From the NCBI GenBank assembly GCA_951406725.2, contig OX597814.1:124000001-124064000 (forward strand): a stretch of DNA of 64,000 bases. The letters run 5' to 3'. Position numbers and translations under genes: made by a program. The notes beneath the pieces were generated by a model, which did not search any database, had not been told where the DNA came from, and saw only the letters and a list, made by a program, of their open reading frames with translations. Below, in pieces: positions 41,652 to 54,515 of the stretch. Within the stretch, counting starts at the first letter, position 1. Every line of letters starts with the position of its first letter. This stretch comes from Octopus vulgaris. Lineage: Eukaryota.

Positions 41652-42238
41652 ATATTTTGCAACCAAGTGGTTTTGAAACAAACTTTTAACCACATAGCCA
41701 TCTAAAAGGCTTTCTACTAAATTAAACTCAACAGTCTGTGTTTTAGACATTCTACTTGAATTGGTTTCTGTCATTAAGTGTAGAAATCTATACTTAATTG
41801 AATAATTGCTTGGCATATTTGCAGTTCCTGATGGGAAAATTATTGCCAGAATTTACTGCTCTCTATTGCTTGGCAATATTTTTAGAAGAATTCTGCTCTT
41901 TAGAATAAAAATATTGAAATGATTAATTATCCATTTCCAGGATTATTCTTTCTTGAATTTAATCATGCATTTGAAGAAATCAAAGAAACAAAAATATTTA
42001 TCATCATCATCATCATCATCATCGTCATCATTGTTGCTGTCGCCGTCGCCATCGCCATCGCCATCGTCGTCATCATCGTCGTCGTCGTCGTCGTCGTCAT
42101 CATCATCACCAAGGTGGTAAGCTGGCAGAATTGTTAGCACACTAGGTAAAGTGCTTAGCAACATTCTGTTATTCTTTACATTCTGAGTTCAAACTCTACC
42201 AAACTTCACTCTGCCTTTCATCCTTTTGGGGTTGATAA

Positions 42239-42239
<1 letters not shown>

Positions 42240-42310
<71 letters not shown>

Positions 42311-42405
42311 TATTATTATTATTATTATTCAGGTCACTGCCTGGAATCAGACTAAGAATCTTGGGGTTAGTAGCGTGTGCTCTTAACCATTATGCCATAT
42401 GCCCG
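42240..42405 (-). mobile_element. Short tRNA-derived SINE with (TAA)n tail
   Basis: Minus strand gggcatatggcataatggttaagagc...gattccaggcagtgacctgaataataat. Confidence 0.6.
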
Positions 42406-42426
42406 CGGGCATATGGCATAATGGTT

Positions 42427-43052
42427 AAGCCCAATATACCCATCATGACAACCCGTCTGATAAGGGCACACCAGGCACATGCATCACAGCCATATGTACG
42501 CCACAGGGTGATCTCATATCAAGATAAACAGTGCATGATCTTGCAGATGGGGCCCAGTTAGAATTTTCTTTAGGTTAAGTAGCCCGTCCTGCTCAAAAGG
42601 TCCTTGAATAAGGGTTGTTTAAATATGTAGAATGAAACACCCATGTTTCCAGAAGTGAATTATTCAAACCCCATAGAATTCCTTTCAGCACATGGCTATG
42701 ATGCTCCTCCACTACTTCTGCTTGTGATCAGAGATGCACATATCATCAGTACCTGGTAATTCATTAGGGCAATGTCTGGTACTGCATCAGGGCAGCACCT
42801 GGTACTACATCAGGGCAAGTGCCTGGTACTACATCAGGGCAAGTGCTTGGTACTGCATCAAGGCAAGTGCCTGGTACTACATCAGGGCAGCACCTGGTAC
42901 TACATCAGGGCAAGTGCCTGCATCAAGACAAGTGCCTGGTACTACATCAGGGCAGCACCTGGTACAGCATCAGGGCCTGGTACTACATCAGGGCAGCACC
43001 TGATACTGTATCAGGGCCTGGTACTACATCAGGGCAAGTGCTTGGTACTGCC
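42427..43052 (-). mobile_element. Family E copy whose terminus is amplified into a 23-24 bp minisatellite (42750-43052)
   Basis: 42427-42748 matches 30193-30514; unit cctggtactacatcagggcaagtg corresponds to the family E end cctggtactgcatc at 30677-30690. Confidence 0.8.
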
Positions 43053-43749
43053 ATAGGGGATGGTGTGGAGGTTTGCTACTGATCAGGGATGAGAAATAAG
43101 GGAAAGAGAAAGAGAAAGATTTTCAGTATTGGTGGAGGGGATGGATGCACTGCAAATAAACCAACCATGGATCTCGTACATGGGGACAAACAGAAGACAG
43201 TCTTAGGCAAGGCATCCAGTGGGAGAAAATCTGCCTCATTGAATTCCATCTGACCCAGGCAAGCAAGATAAAGTCAACTTCAAAGTGATGATGATGGTGA
43301 TATTATAGAGAACAACTTTGCCATTCATCATTCTAGTCTTAGTAGAATAAATCACCAATTAAAGAATGATATATTCAACAGTATTCTGTGTGTCTGTAGT
43401 AGGATTCATTACTGCTGTAGTCTCTGTCAGTTATTTTTAACAATATGTATTGAAGCAACAATATGGATTAGCTTTGAAAATAGTATTGCTTATTCTACAC
43501 AAGCTAAAAATGTTAGCTATACACATTTTCCCATGACAACAATGAAAAGTGCTTAATTTTTAAAAATCTTTTTTTTTTAAGAATCCCAAGAGGAAGTCTA
43601 ATTGAAGAATTTGTAATCTGAAATGTGGTTAGTCATTAATAGTAAATCTGTTAATCTGTGTCACGTTGCAGTAGTAGAATGTTTGGTGAACAGATACAGG
43701 GCTGCAGATTGATATTTTCATAGCTGCATCAATGTTTTTTTGGAAATGC

Positions 43750-44107
43750 TGGCTGTGTGGTAAGTAGCTTGCTTATGAACTACATGGTTCCAGGTTCAGT
43801 CCCACTGCGTGGCACCTTGGACAAGTGTCTTCTACTATAGCCTGGGCCAACCAAAGCCTTGTGAGTGAATTTGGTAGACGAAAACTGAAAGAAGCCTGTC
43901 GTATGTATATATATATATATATTAGAAGATTTGGAGATGATGTACAGGTATTTTATATTAGAAGAAATGAAGCACTCAGAAATTCGGATGGTTTTATATT
44001 TACAGATATTTATTTGTATATTACATGTTTTTATACATCATATATCATATATTAGTGCTTTCGCCCATTCTAGTGGAGTTGTCAAATTGAACTGTATATA
44101 TACACAC

Positions 44108-44142
<35 letters not shown>

Positions 44143-44237
44143 CATATATAGTCTTAGTAGAATAAATCACCAATTAAAGAATGATATATTCAACAGTATT
44201 CTCTGTGTCTGTAGTAGGATTCATTACTGCTGTAGTC

Positions 44238-44277
<40 letters not shown>

Positions 44278-44278
44278 C

Positions 44279-44312
<34 letters not shown>

Positions 44313-44500
44313 GTTTGTGTGTCTGTGTTTGTCTCCCCAACATCACTTGACAACTGATGCTGGTGTGTTTACGTCTCCCGTAACTTAGCAGTTCGGCAAA
44401 AGAGACCAATAGAATAAGTACTAGGCTTGTGCTTGACAAAAGGTGGTGCTCCAGCATAGCCACAGTCAAATGACTGAAACAAGTAAAAGAGCAAAAGAGT
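43750..44500 (+). mobile_element. SINE family B with two insertions in its internal (TA)n
   Basis: Head 43750-43905, tail 44290-44500; inserts at 43921-44093 and 44149-44238. Confidence 0.8.
43921..44093 (-). mobile_element. Solo Penelope terminal fragment with U3-A8 hammerhead-like motif (44051-44087)
   Basis: Homologous to 53471-53605; AT-TTGACAA-CTCCA ctagaa TGGGC-GAAA-GCAC-T-A-AT. Confidence 0.65.
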
Positions 44501-45059
44501 ATACTTAAGCAACTCATTGATAGGCGTGTATATAATTACATATATACGTGTGTGTGTGTATCACATATATGCACACATATATATTCATATGTGCATATGC
44601 TCATATACATATACATGTATGTTTGTGTATATATTTTTATATTTAATGTATATGTAAACACACACATGCACACACACATATGTATGTATGTATGTATATG
44701 TTATATACTTGTGTTTGTGTGTGTGAAAGTGTACATACATACTTACAGACGTGGGGTAACGAGGGCATGACATTTGTGAAGTTGTGAATGGAGATTAAAG
44801 GACCCTAATGAATCTAGCTGATTAATTGATTAACCAAATAATTAATCAAACTATTGAATAGTTAATTGATTAATGGTTAATTAGTTAACTAGAATCAGAA
44901 CATGTTTCTTATTGACACAATGAATGATCCTTCTGAGATACAACAATATATATATGCATATTCTTGGCATATAGTTTCAAGTTTATCCACAAAGAAGCAG
45001 TGCGTAATTTTGGTTAATCTGTTTCCTTGTGAACCAGTGATATATACTTCATGTATGTC

Positions 45060-46550
45060 ATTATTCAGTTTATTTCAAGATTTCATGCCAATAGAGAAAG
45101 AGCCAATTTCTTACCTAGATCCAAGGCTCCTTCATTGGAATTTCAACATCAACAACAGGGTATTTTTGCTTGTGTGTATATATGTATATATGTATGTATA
45201 TGCAGATATGTATGTTTTATGTATGTATTCTGGTGCATATAGTTGCATATCTAGACATGCTCATATATATTTAAATGATAAACTTCTGGAAAGTTTTACA
45301 GATTTCTATATTTCCAGTGGTGGATTGGATCTGTAGTCAAATGACTGAAACAAGTGAAAGAGTAAAAGAGTAAAGAGTAATGTCTGATGACTGTTAACTT
45401 ATCTTGCCATACCTGGAAGCCTCTTAAACATGAAACCATTTTCTGATTTTAATTATCTTTCAGTTTTCTAAATTCCTCTCAGTTTTGCATTGTGTTTTAA
45501 AAGTAAACTTTAATTAATTATTTTAGAGGTCTCAATATTCACAAGGTTATATGTTAAAATATTATTCCAGTTCTTAAATCAATTGTACTAATTTCCTCTG
45601 GTTTGTATATTACAACATTAATTAATGGTGTGAATGGTGTCTTTCAGTCAAAATACCTTTCAGCTTCTCTTATCTTTCCTTTTGCATGTTTGGATTTCAT
45701 ATGATGGTTCATATTCATTTTGCTAGATCCAATAGAGTAATGATTCTCATGTGTTTCAGATGCCATTAAGTTTAAGTAAGAGGTAAATATAACTTTGTGT
45801 CTGTTGGTTTATGATATACACTTGTTTTCACCCTAATCAATTGTTTTCTAAAAAGGTTGTTATGTATTTGTCATACTCAGTCATAAAATGGATGTTATTG
45901 TTAATACTAGTTATGAGAGTTTTAAATTTGGAAAGTCTATTCAATTTTTGTTCCCATTAGTCTAAATATCTTTCCCAGTTTTCCATTAAGTAATTGCCTA
46001 TATGTTTCATATATTTTCCTCTTGGCATATGTTGGGGTTATTTTGGTTCACATTGCTGCTCTAAATTTTTGTTGTGTAATGTTTGATTAAAATTATATAA
46101 AAAAAAATTGCTGAATAAATTGAAGTCCTTCAATAATAAATGCATTTTATGTGATCTGGTAATTCATGAGAACATTTATTAAACCAAAAATACTTGCTTC
46201 TGTTCCATATTCATGCAATATATTTGTATACAAGTTAACCACATCAAAAGAATCTATTAAGGTTTCTTCATTTGTTGTACATGGAAAGTGGTTTAATATA
46301 TATCCAAGTCATCTCTTGTGTCGCTTTGTATATGTTTCAAATATACTTTTGCAATATGTCTGAAAATTTACTCACTCGATTGATGTCACTAGATGGACCT
46401 GCCTCTATTAGTTTTAATTCTAATGTAAATATCAACATTTGGGAAGACACAGTTGTCCTCTTCTCTGAATATTTGAAGTAAATAGCCTTACCTGCTTCGT
46501 TATCAAGTGTGTCAAAAAATGAGACTATTTTAAGTGGATACACTATAGTA
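45060..46550 (-). mobile_element. Highly degenerate Penelope-like element
   Basis: Minus-strand remnants LKLIEAGPSSDINRVSKFSDIL, SFDVVNLYTNILHEYG, AM*TKITPTYA and VYHKPTDTKLYL in the expected PLE RT order; 45060-45270 also occurs inverted at about 57100-57324. Confidence 0.75.
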
Positions 46551-46949
46551 TATCTTAACAGAAAGCTAACATCCAGACATTACACATGCATAGTACAATA
46601 ACCATCTTTTATAATGAGTAAAACTGATACATAAGAATGTAGTTTGGCACATATAATAATGTATTTGAGACAGTTTGACTGTAATAATGTATTTTGGAAT
46701 AATATTAATCAATTATGAATCATAAAGAATTGTTCATATTCTTTTCTTTATTATTTTTACCTCATATGTGTGTGTGTATATGTGTGTATGTATATATATG
46801 TATATATATACATACATACATACATACATATATATATATATGTATATTCCATTACATATATGTGTATATAGATATATGCAATGGAAAATGTACAAGTGAT
46901 GCATTTCTTTAGAATAATTGATGCATCAGCTCTTTACAATTTTGCAATA

Positions 46950-47375
46950 AGTGCATTTTCTTAACTTTTCAACATAAAACTGGGTGTTGCTGATAATTAT
47001 ATGATCGATTCTTTTCGATATAGGCTCCATACAATGTTACAAAAATGGAGCTGCTGTTTTTGAAACTTATCTTTAAGTCTGTTAAACACCATTGCTTGTA
47101 TTTATCGAACACAATCTCCTAGAATTCTCATCCGAACCAGCCTGCCAGTATGCACTATTTAAGTTAATTAAAGGAAAAAAAAACTTTACTCCCTATACAT
47201 CAGCGAATATTGTTTTATGATACTGAGTTCAATGGAAGAAGTTTGCGTCTTCTCATTGAAGCATACTTTGTAATTAATGCACAATCTTAATTTGCCATCT
47301 TTTTTCACACCCAAATTATTGGCGATGTCTTGTAGACACCTTCATATGGTTATGAGGTTGTAATTCCCATTAGTT
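46950..47375 (-). pseudogene. Degenerate Ty3/gypsy reverse transcriptase fragment
   Basis: SPIIWV*KKDGKLRLCINYK...IFADV...INLNSAYWQAGSDENSRRLCSINT across frameshifts. Confidence 0.7.
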
Positions 47376-48628
47376 GAAGTTTATGAAGTACATTTTCAAC
47401 CTTAATTTAAAGTGTACTGGAAGGAAATGTGTATGACAAAAAGGTTATATTTTCAGTTATCTTCATCTTATGTCTTTCACTTGCTTCAGTCATTGGACTA
47501 CAGCCATGAAGGGTTTCAGGTGAACAAAATCGACCCTTGTACTTATTTTTAAGCCTAGGACTTCTTTTAATTGTTGTTTCTCCCTGAACTGCTAAGTTAT
47601 GGAGACATAAACAAGCCAGTACCAATTGTGAAGCAGTGGAAGTCTGGGGATGAATACAGATACAAAGACAGACAGACACACATATATACGATGAGCTTCC
47701 ACACAGTTTTCTTCTACCAAATTCACTTACAAGGCATTGGTCAACCCTGGGCTATAGTAGAAAATACTTGCTCAAGGTGCCACACAGTGGGACTGAACCT
47801 AAAACCATATGGTTGCAATAAGCAAGCTTCTTACTTGTACAGTCATGTCCAAGCCAATCACAAATGCATTGGTGGCAGGGAACTCATGTCAGGTGGAGGC
47901 ATGGCCGTGTTGAGCAGAAGCCAATACAATGAAATTTTCATGTTGTAATATTTGAGACATAGTAAATAATCAGAGGTAGTAATTACAAAGCTTTCAAAAT
48001 GTCTGAACTAATTAAACCAATCTTATAAGAGCTATTAACCACAAGAAAGCTGAAATATTGTCTGTTTATTAATTTTTGGTTTTGTACCACCAAAGCTGTA
48101 GTAGTGCCAGTTACCTCCTGTTTTGATCTATCACAGAAAAATTTAAATGTCTCTCTGAGATATGTTGATTAGCAGTAACTTTGTGAACAGTATAGTCAGA
48201 ATGGTGGACCATGCCATACCAATTCAATATTTAGTTGAATTTTCAGCAAGATGGTTATTCAATTTACAATGAACTTAATGTATATTGTCATTTGTGCCAA
48301 AACTTACATTCAAAGTTATTTCCCCATCCTCAAACTACAACTCACAACCTTTAGCATTAATATAATGCACACGCTTAGTAGAATATAATGGTTTGACTTA
48401 TGGAATGCACAAGAGTGGCTGTGTGGTAAGTAGCTTGCTTCCCAACCACATAGTTCCAGGTTCAGTCCTACAGATTGGCACCTTAGGCAAGTGTCTTCTA
48501 CTACACCCTTGGGCCAACCAAAGCCTTGTGAGTGAATTTGGTAGACAAAAACTAAAAGTAGCCTGTCATATATATATATATATATATATATCTGTAAATG
48601 TAATATGTGACAATTATTCAGTAGTCAT

Positions 48629-48689
48629 GATAAAACTCTGAGTTTTGGATGTCAGGGTGGAAATCTACGCTGCCATCTCTTCAGTTATC
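48629..48689 (-). ncRNA. Type I hammerhead-like motif with probable G12A decay, inside a longer hairpin (48604-48713)
   Basis: GATAA-CTGAAGA-GATGGCAG...CTGACATC-C-AAAA-CTC a GAG-T-T-TTATC; flanking 15-bp IR tatgtgacaattatt/aataattgtcacata. Confidence 0.6.
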
Positions 48690-48713
48690 CAGCCATCAAA
48701 TAATTGTCACATA

Positions 48714-49225
48714 TCTATATATATAAAACTGTAGTTGTGTGAGTGTCTGTCCCCTTCGATTTAGATTCCTAACTACTCCCACATTTTGCGGTGCAGTTTA
48801 ACCAAATTCGGGTATCTTATAGTCATGATTCATATCGAGCCCGTCTGAGTATTAGCGCACGTCTACGATGAGTCTGCGATTTTAAAAATAATTTAACATA
48901 ATTTTTTATTCCATTTTAATGCATAATTTTTCGTGTGTCGATGGCGGTGGAGTTGGCGTCCATGGTCACACCTGCACCTGTTTGCTTCTCCCCTTCTTCC
49001 CTCCCTCGTGAAGCTGTGGGGAAGGGAGTGTAAGGAAATCAACGTCGTAAAGCGTTGTCAAGGAGACCAGCGTTCTTTTAGAACAACGACTTCATGGCTT
49101 GAAGACACCAAAACAGAAATGGCTAAGAAAGCCCGAATTGGCATCTATAAGGGTAGTAACTCTCTAAAAATGCTTATATAGTTATTTCCCTTACAAACCC
49201 GAGCAACGCCAGGCGATACTGCTAG
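48714..49225 (+). mobile_element. Non-autonomous Helitron
   Basis: A|TCTATATATATAAA 5' end; 3' end cccgagcaacgccaggcgatactgCTAG|T; inserted between A and T; CpG-rich. Confidence 0.85.
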
Positions 49226-49839
49226 TTACATTTACAGATAAATCACTCTATTTACATAATATCGAAGTTTCTTTCATTCTTTTGTTGTCTTACCATTTCT
49301 ATCAATATATATATATATATATATTTATATATACACACATATATATATTTGTGTGTCTGTGTTTGTCCCCACATCATTGCTTGACAACTGAAGTTGGTTT
49401 GTTTACATCCCCATCAGCAAAAGAGACTGATAGAATAAGTACAAAGCTTATAAAGAATAAGTCATGGGGTTGATTTATTAATGGCAATGCTCCAGCATGA
49501 CTGCAGTCAAATGACAAAAATAACTAAAAGAAAGAGTTTAAAAATATGGGTCAATTTATCATAAAGCATTTTGTCCATGTGTAGGACAGGGCCCAGAAGA
49601 ATGTGATGATCTACTATTGGTTTCAAATTTTGACACAAGGTCAGCAATTTCAGGGGAGGCATTAAGTTGATTATATTGAACCCAAGGCTCAAGTGGTCCT
49701 TATCTTATTGACCTCGAAAAGACAAAAGGCAAAATCAGCCTTGACAGAATTTGAACTCAGAATCATGCCTGGCATGCTGATGATTCTGTCAGCTTGTTGC
49801 TCTTGTGATGAATATTATATTTTGCCTTTACTTAGTTGC

Positions 49840-50440
49840 TGTTGATTAAATCTTTCATGTCAAGAGTCCTAGTTTATATCATGAAAGGACATACTTCTGT
49901 ATTAGAACTAAGCTGTATTATGGATTCAAGAGTAAATATTTGCTCTGGCTACATCACTACAACAAATCTAATGATGTTTGAGACGGAATATTTAGGTGAT
50001 ATCCTTGGACAATTGATGATTTTTATTTTTGTTTAAGCATAATAACCAGTTCCATTAAGATCTAATTCCATAAGCTCTTCTCTGGGTCATCTCTGATTAC
50101 ATAAAGAAGCAGGCATATTGAACCTTAGCAAGAAATCATTAGCTGCTGCTTCTTGTTTTTGCTTCAAGTCCAAAAATTTTAACCTTTCTGAGATGGTAAG
50201 TCATTCTTCAGATTTGGATATTTTTTCAACTGAAAATTTAAAATCTTCAGTTGCTGTAGGATACAGAACATCTTTTAGTTTGATGATTGCATTAATGCCA
50301 CATTATGGAAGGAATCTTGGTTTAACCAGTTCAGGCTTAGTGTCATCTATAAGCAGTTTTGAGTTAAACAGCATTAACATTGCATCCATTTCTTCAGCAT
50401 TATCAAGATTTAACTGTTTATTAAACTCCAGCTTAGAATC
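49840..50440 (-). pseudogene. Degenerate Ty3/gypsy gag-like fragment
   Basis: FLP*CGINAIIKLKDVLYP...LTISERLKFLDLKQKQEAAANDFLLRFNMPASLCN resembles the gypsy gag ERxKF..RxQ...F..RL...A..C motif; upstream of the RT fragment on the same strand. Confidence 0.55.
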
Positions 50441-50697
50441 ATTAGCTGATTATTAGAGTTACAAATCTTTGACATCAGTTGTCAGATTTAATATTACTAT
50501 ATAAATCCACAACAGTCAGGAAGGATACAATTTCAAATCCTCAAATGTCATTGACAACTGTGTATCATTGTTCACCAGCATCATCCAGTCAACAAACCAT
50601 AAAACTGATTCTACAGGGAAATAGCAAACCATATTATTCATGGGTATATATTAACAATAGAACAGAACAAACTAAGCAATTTTTTCAAACGCTTTAT

Positions 50698-51390
50698 AGG
50701 CACAGGCATGGTTGTATTCTAAGAATTTTGCTTCCTAACCTCATGGTTCCAGGATTCAGTTCCACTGCATTGCTTTGCATCTTGTGCAAGTGCATTCTGC
50801 TATAACCCCCAGGCTGACCAAAGCCTTGTGAGTGGATTTGGTAGATGGAAACTGAAAGACGCTTATAATATATATTTATTTATGTGTGTGTGTCTTTGCA
50901 TTTTTGTATTTGCCACTCACCACTGCCTGACAGCTGGTGTTGGTGTGTTTATATCCCTGTGACATAGTGGTTCAGCAAAAGACTTAAAGGAAGAAAAAAC
51001 ACTTGGTTTAACTTGTTTGACTAAAATTTGTCAAGGAGGTGCATGGCCTAGTGGTTAGAGCTGCTGACTCATGGTCAAGAGATCACGAGTTCAAATCTCA
51101 GACCAGGCGATGTGTATGTTTATGAGTGAAACACCTAAGCTCCATGCGGCTCCAGCAGAAGGTAATGGCAAACTTCTGCCACAACTTTCTCTCACTGTTT
51201 CCTCCTGCATCTTTCAGCTCACCTGCAACAGACTGGCATCCTGTCCAGGTGGGGAACCTATACACCAAGGAAACTGGGAAACCGGCCTTATGAGCCAGGC
51301 GTGGCTCGAGAAGGAACAAACAACAAAAAACAAAATTTGTCAAGGCAGTACCCTAGCATGGCTGCTGTCTAATGACTGGAACAAGTAAAA
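50698..51390 (+). mobile_element. SINE family B with nested family D SINE (51035-51320)
   Basis: aaaatttgtcaagg duplicated at about 51023-51036 and 51332-51345 (TSD). Confidence 0.75.
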
Positions 51391-52039
51391 GCTAAAATAT
51401 ATATATAAATATATCATCATCATCATCCCCACCACCACAACCACAACCACAACCACCACCATCATCATTTAACGTCTATGTTCCATGGTGGCATGGTTTG
51501 AATGGTTTCACATGATCTGATGGGTACAAGGACTGCATCTTGCTCCTGTGCTTGCTTAGGCATGGTTGCTACTCCTGGATGCCCTTCGTGACAGTACTCT
51601 AGGTGCATTTTTTCATGCCCCTAGCTCTAGTTAGGTTGTCATGCAGCTTGCAAGACTACAAAACCCGAGACAGAGATGGGTGAGTGGCTTTATGCGACAA
51701 AATGAGAAGTTACAGTATGAGAGAAGAGAGGTCCAGGGTGCAGCTGTCACCTTTAAATGAGTATGGTTTGGTAAGTTATACATTGCTTTCTTTAAGTGTT
51801 TTAGGTGCTTATGTAGTTGGGAGCATACATTAGACATGCCCTTGATTCTCCCACACTTTGACCCAATGTCACATCCAGGGTGACTTAGGTTCTCAGGTTC
51901 TTGCATGATGTGCTGAGGTGATAGCCTTGTTTATAATTATTCTTTCAATCTCTCAAATGGCCCAAAGTCACGTCACCTCAATACTACTCTCTCCTTTCAG
52001 TTGAGGGATTCTTATTCTGCAAGTTACTTGGTGATTCTG

Positions 52040-52245
52040 TTGGTGCTGGTGCCATTTAAAAAGCACCCAGTACACTATGTAGAGTGGTTGGTGTTAGGAA
52101 GGGCATCCAGCTGTAGAAACTAATTGAAAACAGATTATGGAACCTAATGCAGCTCCTAGCCATAACAGCTCCGGTCGAATCATCCACCTCATGCCAGCAT
52201 GGAAAATGGACGTTAAATGATGATGATGATGATGATGATGATGAT
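52040..52245 (+). mobile_element. RTE 3'UTR copy
   Basis: Conserved core and (GAT)n tail. Confidence 0.8.
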
Positions 52246-53131
52246 ATATATATGTATATTTCCTAATTATCAGACTGGACATGTACACACACACACACAC
52301 ACGCACACACACACATACATTCGCACACACACACATACACACACATACACACATGCACACTCCCTCACATACACACACACTCACATACACATACACACTC
52401 ACATGCATACAACCTCACACATACACACATACTCATACATGCACACACACACACTCTCTCTCACACACACACACATGCACATACACTCACACACACATAC
52501 ACTCACACACATACACACTCACACATACACACACTTGCGTGCGCACACACACACACACTCGCACTTTTTGTCCTTCAGTTACAAAGAACCATGCTAGCAA
52601 TTTAAGCTGGATAATCTTCAAAATTTCTTCTGGCAAAATAATATGGGAACAACTATTGCAATTTTTGAAAGAAACCCCAAAATTGAATAGGCTTGAAGCC
52701 ACAAAAATAAACTAAAAGAAAAAAAAAGAACTGGTTCAGTCCTCCTTTCAATTAGTATAGAGACAAATACAAAAAATACTCACACACACACACACATACG
52801 CACACACGTGCATGTGTGCATGTGCATGCACATATCTTTTATCTTTTATTTTCTTAATCATTAGCCTGTGGCCATGCTGGGGCACCTCCTTGAATAATTT
52901 TTAGTCAAAGAAATCCCCCCTGGGAATAACTACTATCATTTTACAAAGAAGCCCCAAAATTGAATAAACTTGAAACCACACAAATGAACTAAAAAAATAT
53001 ACTAAATCAATCTGGTTCAATCTTCCTTTCTGTCACTACAGAGGCAAACGCCAGAATTACACAAACGTGCATACACATGTCTTTTATTTTTTTATCTTTT
53101 ACTTGTTTCAGTCATTATATATATATGTATG

Positions 53132-53191
<60 letters not shown>

Positions 53192-53438
53192 TGTGTGTGT
53201 AGATATATATATATAAAAAGTCATCGCCAAGCTAACATGGCAGTCCAGGAAAATAGGATGAATGCTGCCATTGCTTAGCTCCAAGAGGCCATTCGCCTCT
53301 AGCTAGCTATATGACACACAAACCTGTGTCCATTACAACCTTCGAACAGGAAGGTCAGCAGCTTCTTCTTGCTGGTTCAACATCCACAGACTAGTTTGGA
53401 GTGATTGGCCCTTCTCTATATGGAGTCACAGAACCTAG

Positions 53439-53477
<39 letters not shown>

Positions 53478-53557
53478 ATTGAGGTAATCAGATCAGATGG
53501 TTCATATTTGTAGATATTTATTTATATATTACATTTTTTACATATATATCATATCAT

Positions 53558-53600
53558 TCGGATTAGCGCTTGCTCCCATTCTAGTGGGTTTTCAAATCAA
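53558..53600 (-). ncRNA. Minimal type I hammerhead-like motif, U3-A8 and A13C variant
   Basis: GAT-TTGAAAA-CCCA ctagaa TGGG-A-GCAA-GCGC-T-A-ATC; palindromic AGCGCT stem III. Confidence 0.65.
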
Positions 53601-53679
53601 ATCAGTTGTGGGTAGTTTGAACCTTTTTATAGTTTCGTAGTAGTAGGTGAGGAGGAAGTGAGACAGAGAGAAAATATGT

Positions 53680-53747
<68 letters not shown>

Positions 53748-54515
53748 ATTTATATCTGAGAGTGAAGAAGTGTTATTTCCGTTGGTCTGCTGGGCCCCCT
53801 GTGGTTTTATAAGAACTTTGGCTGTCCATTTCAATGTCACTGAGTGTGTGTTGTGCATAGGTTGGCCTGGCAAATGTCATTTGGGGTCACACTTTCTATG
53901 ATCATTCTGTGGAGGTGTGTGTGTGTGTGTGTCTCTGTGTGTCTGTGTGTGTTTTTGTGTGCGTGTGTGTGTGTGTGTGTATGTGTGTGTGTGTGTCTGT
54001 GTGTTTGGAGAAGGTGAGAGAGACAAAAAGAGAAAAGGGAAAATAAAAATAATAATAATAAAAATAAAAAATTAAAAAAATTAAAAAAAATAAAATAAAA
54101 TAAAATAAAAAAAATAAAAAATAAAATAAAAAAATATAAAGAATAAATAAAAATATAAAGAATAAAAAATAAAAAAATAAAAAAATAAAAATAAAAATAA
54201 AAATAAAAATAAGGGAGGAAGTGGAGAAGAAAAAATATTTTTGTGTGTTGATATTTATACCAACACATATATATACACACACACAGACTTATACATAAAA
54301 TATTTGAAAAAACCTTTTTATCGGTTCAAAATGAACAACCAAATTATACCATCTTGAAAGTTGTATGTCATAGGAAAGTTAAAATTAAAGTGACAATTAA
54401 AGGGTAAAGATGGAAGTGAATTATAAAGATAATAATATAATATGATGTATATAACAGGCAATACACACATCTACACACACACAGATTTTTCCTTCAATGT
54501 ATGTTGAGTAAAGTT

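Noticed and set aside
41700-43740. Possible L1/Tx1-like RT remnants (41700-41990, 43330-43560); similar LINE-like traces at 4600-4860 and 16100-16780
   Set aside because: Motifs too decayed to support by eye
52640-53115. Diverged ~290-bp tandem duplication
   Set aside because: Real but unremarkable local duplication containing SINE tail fragments
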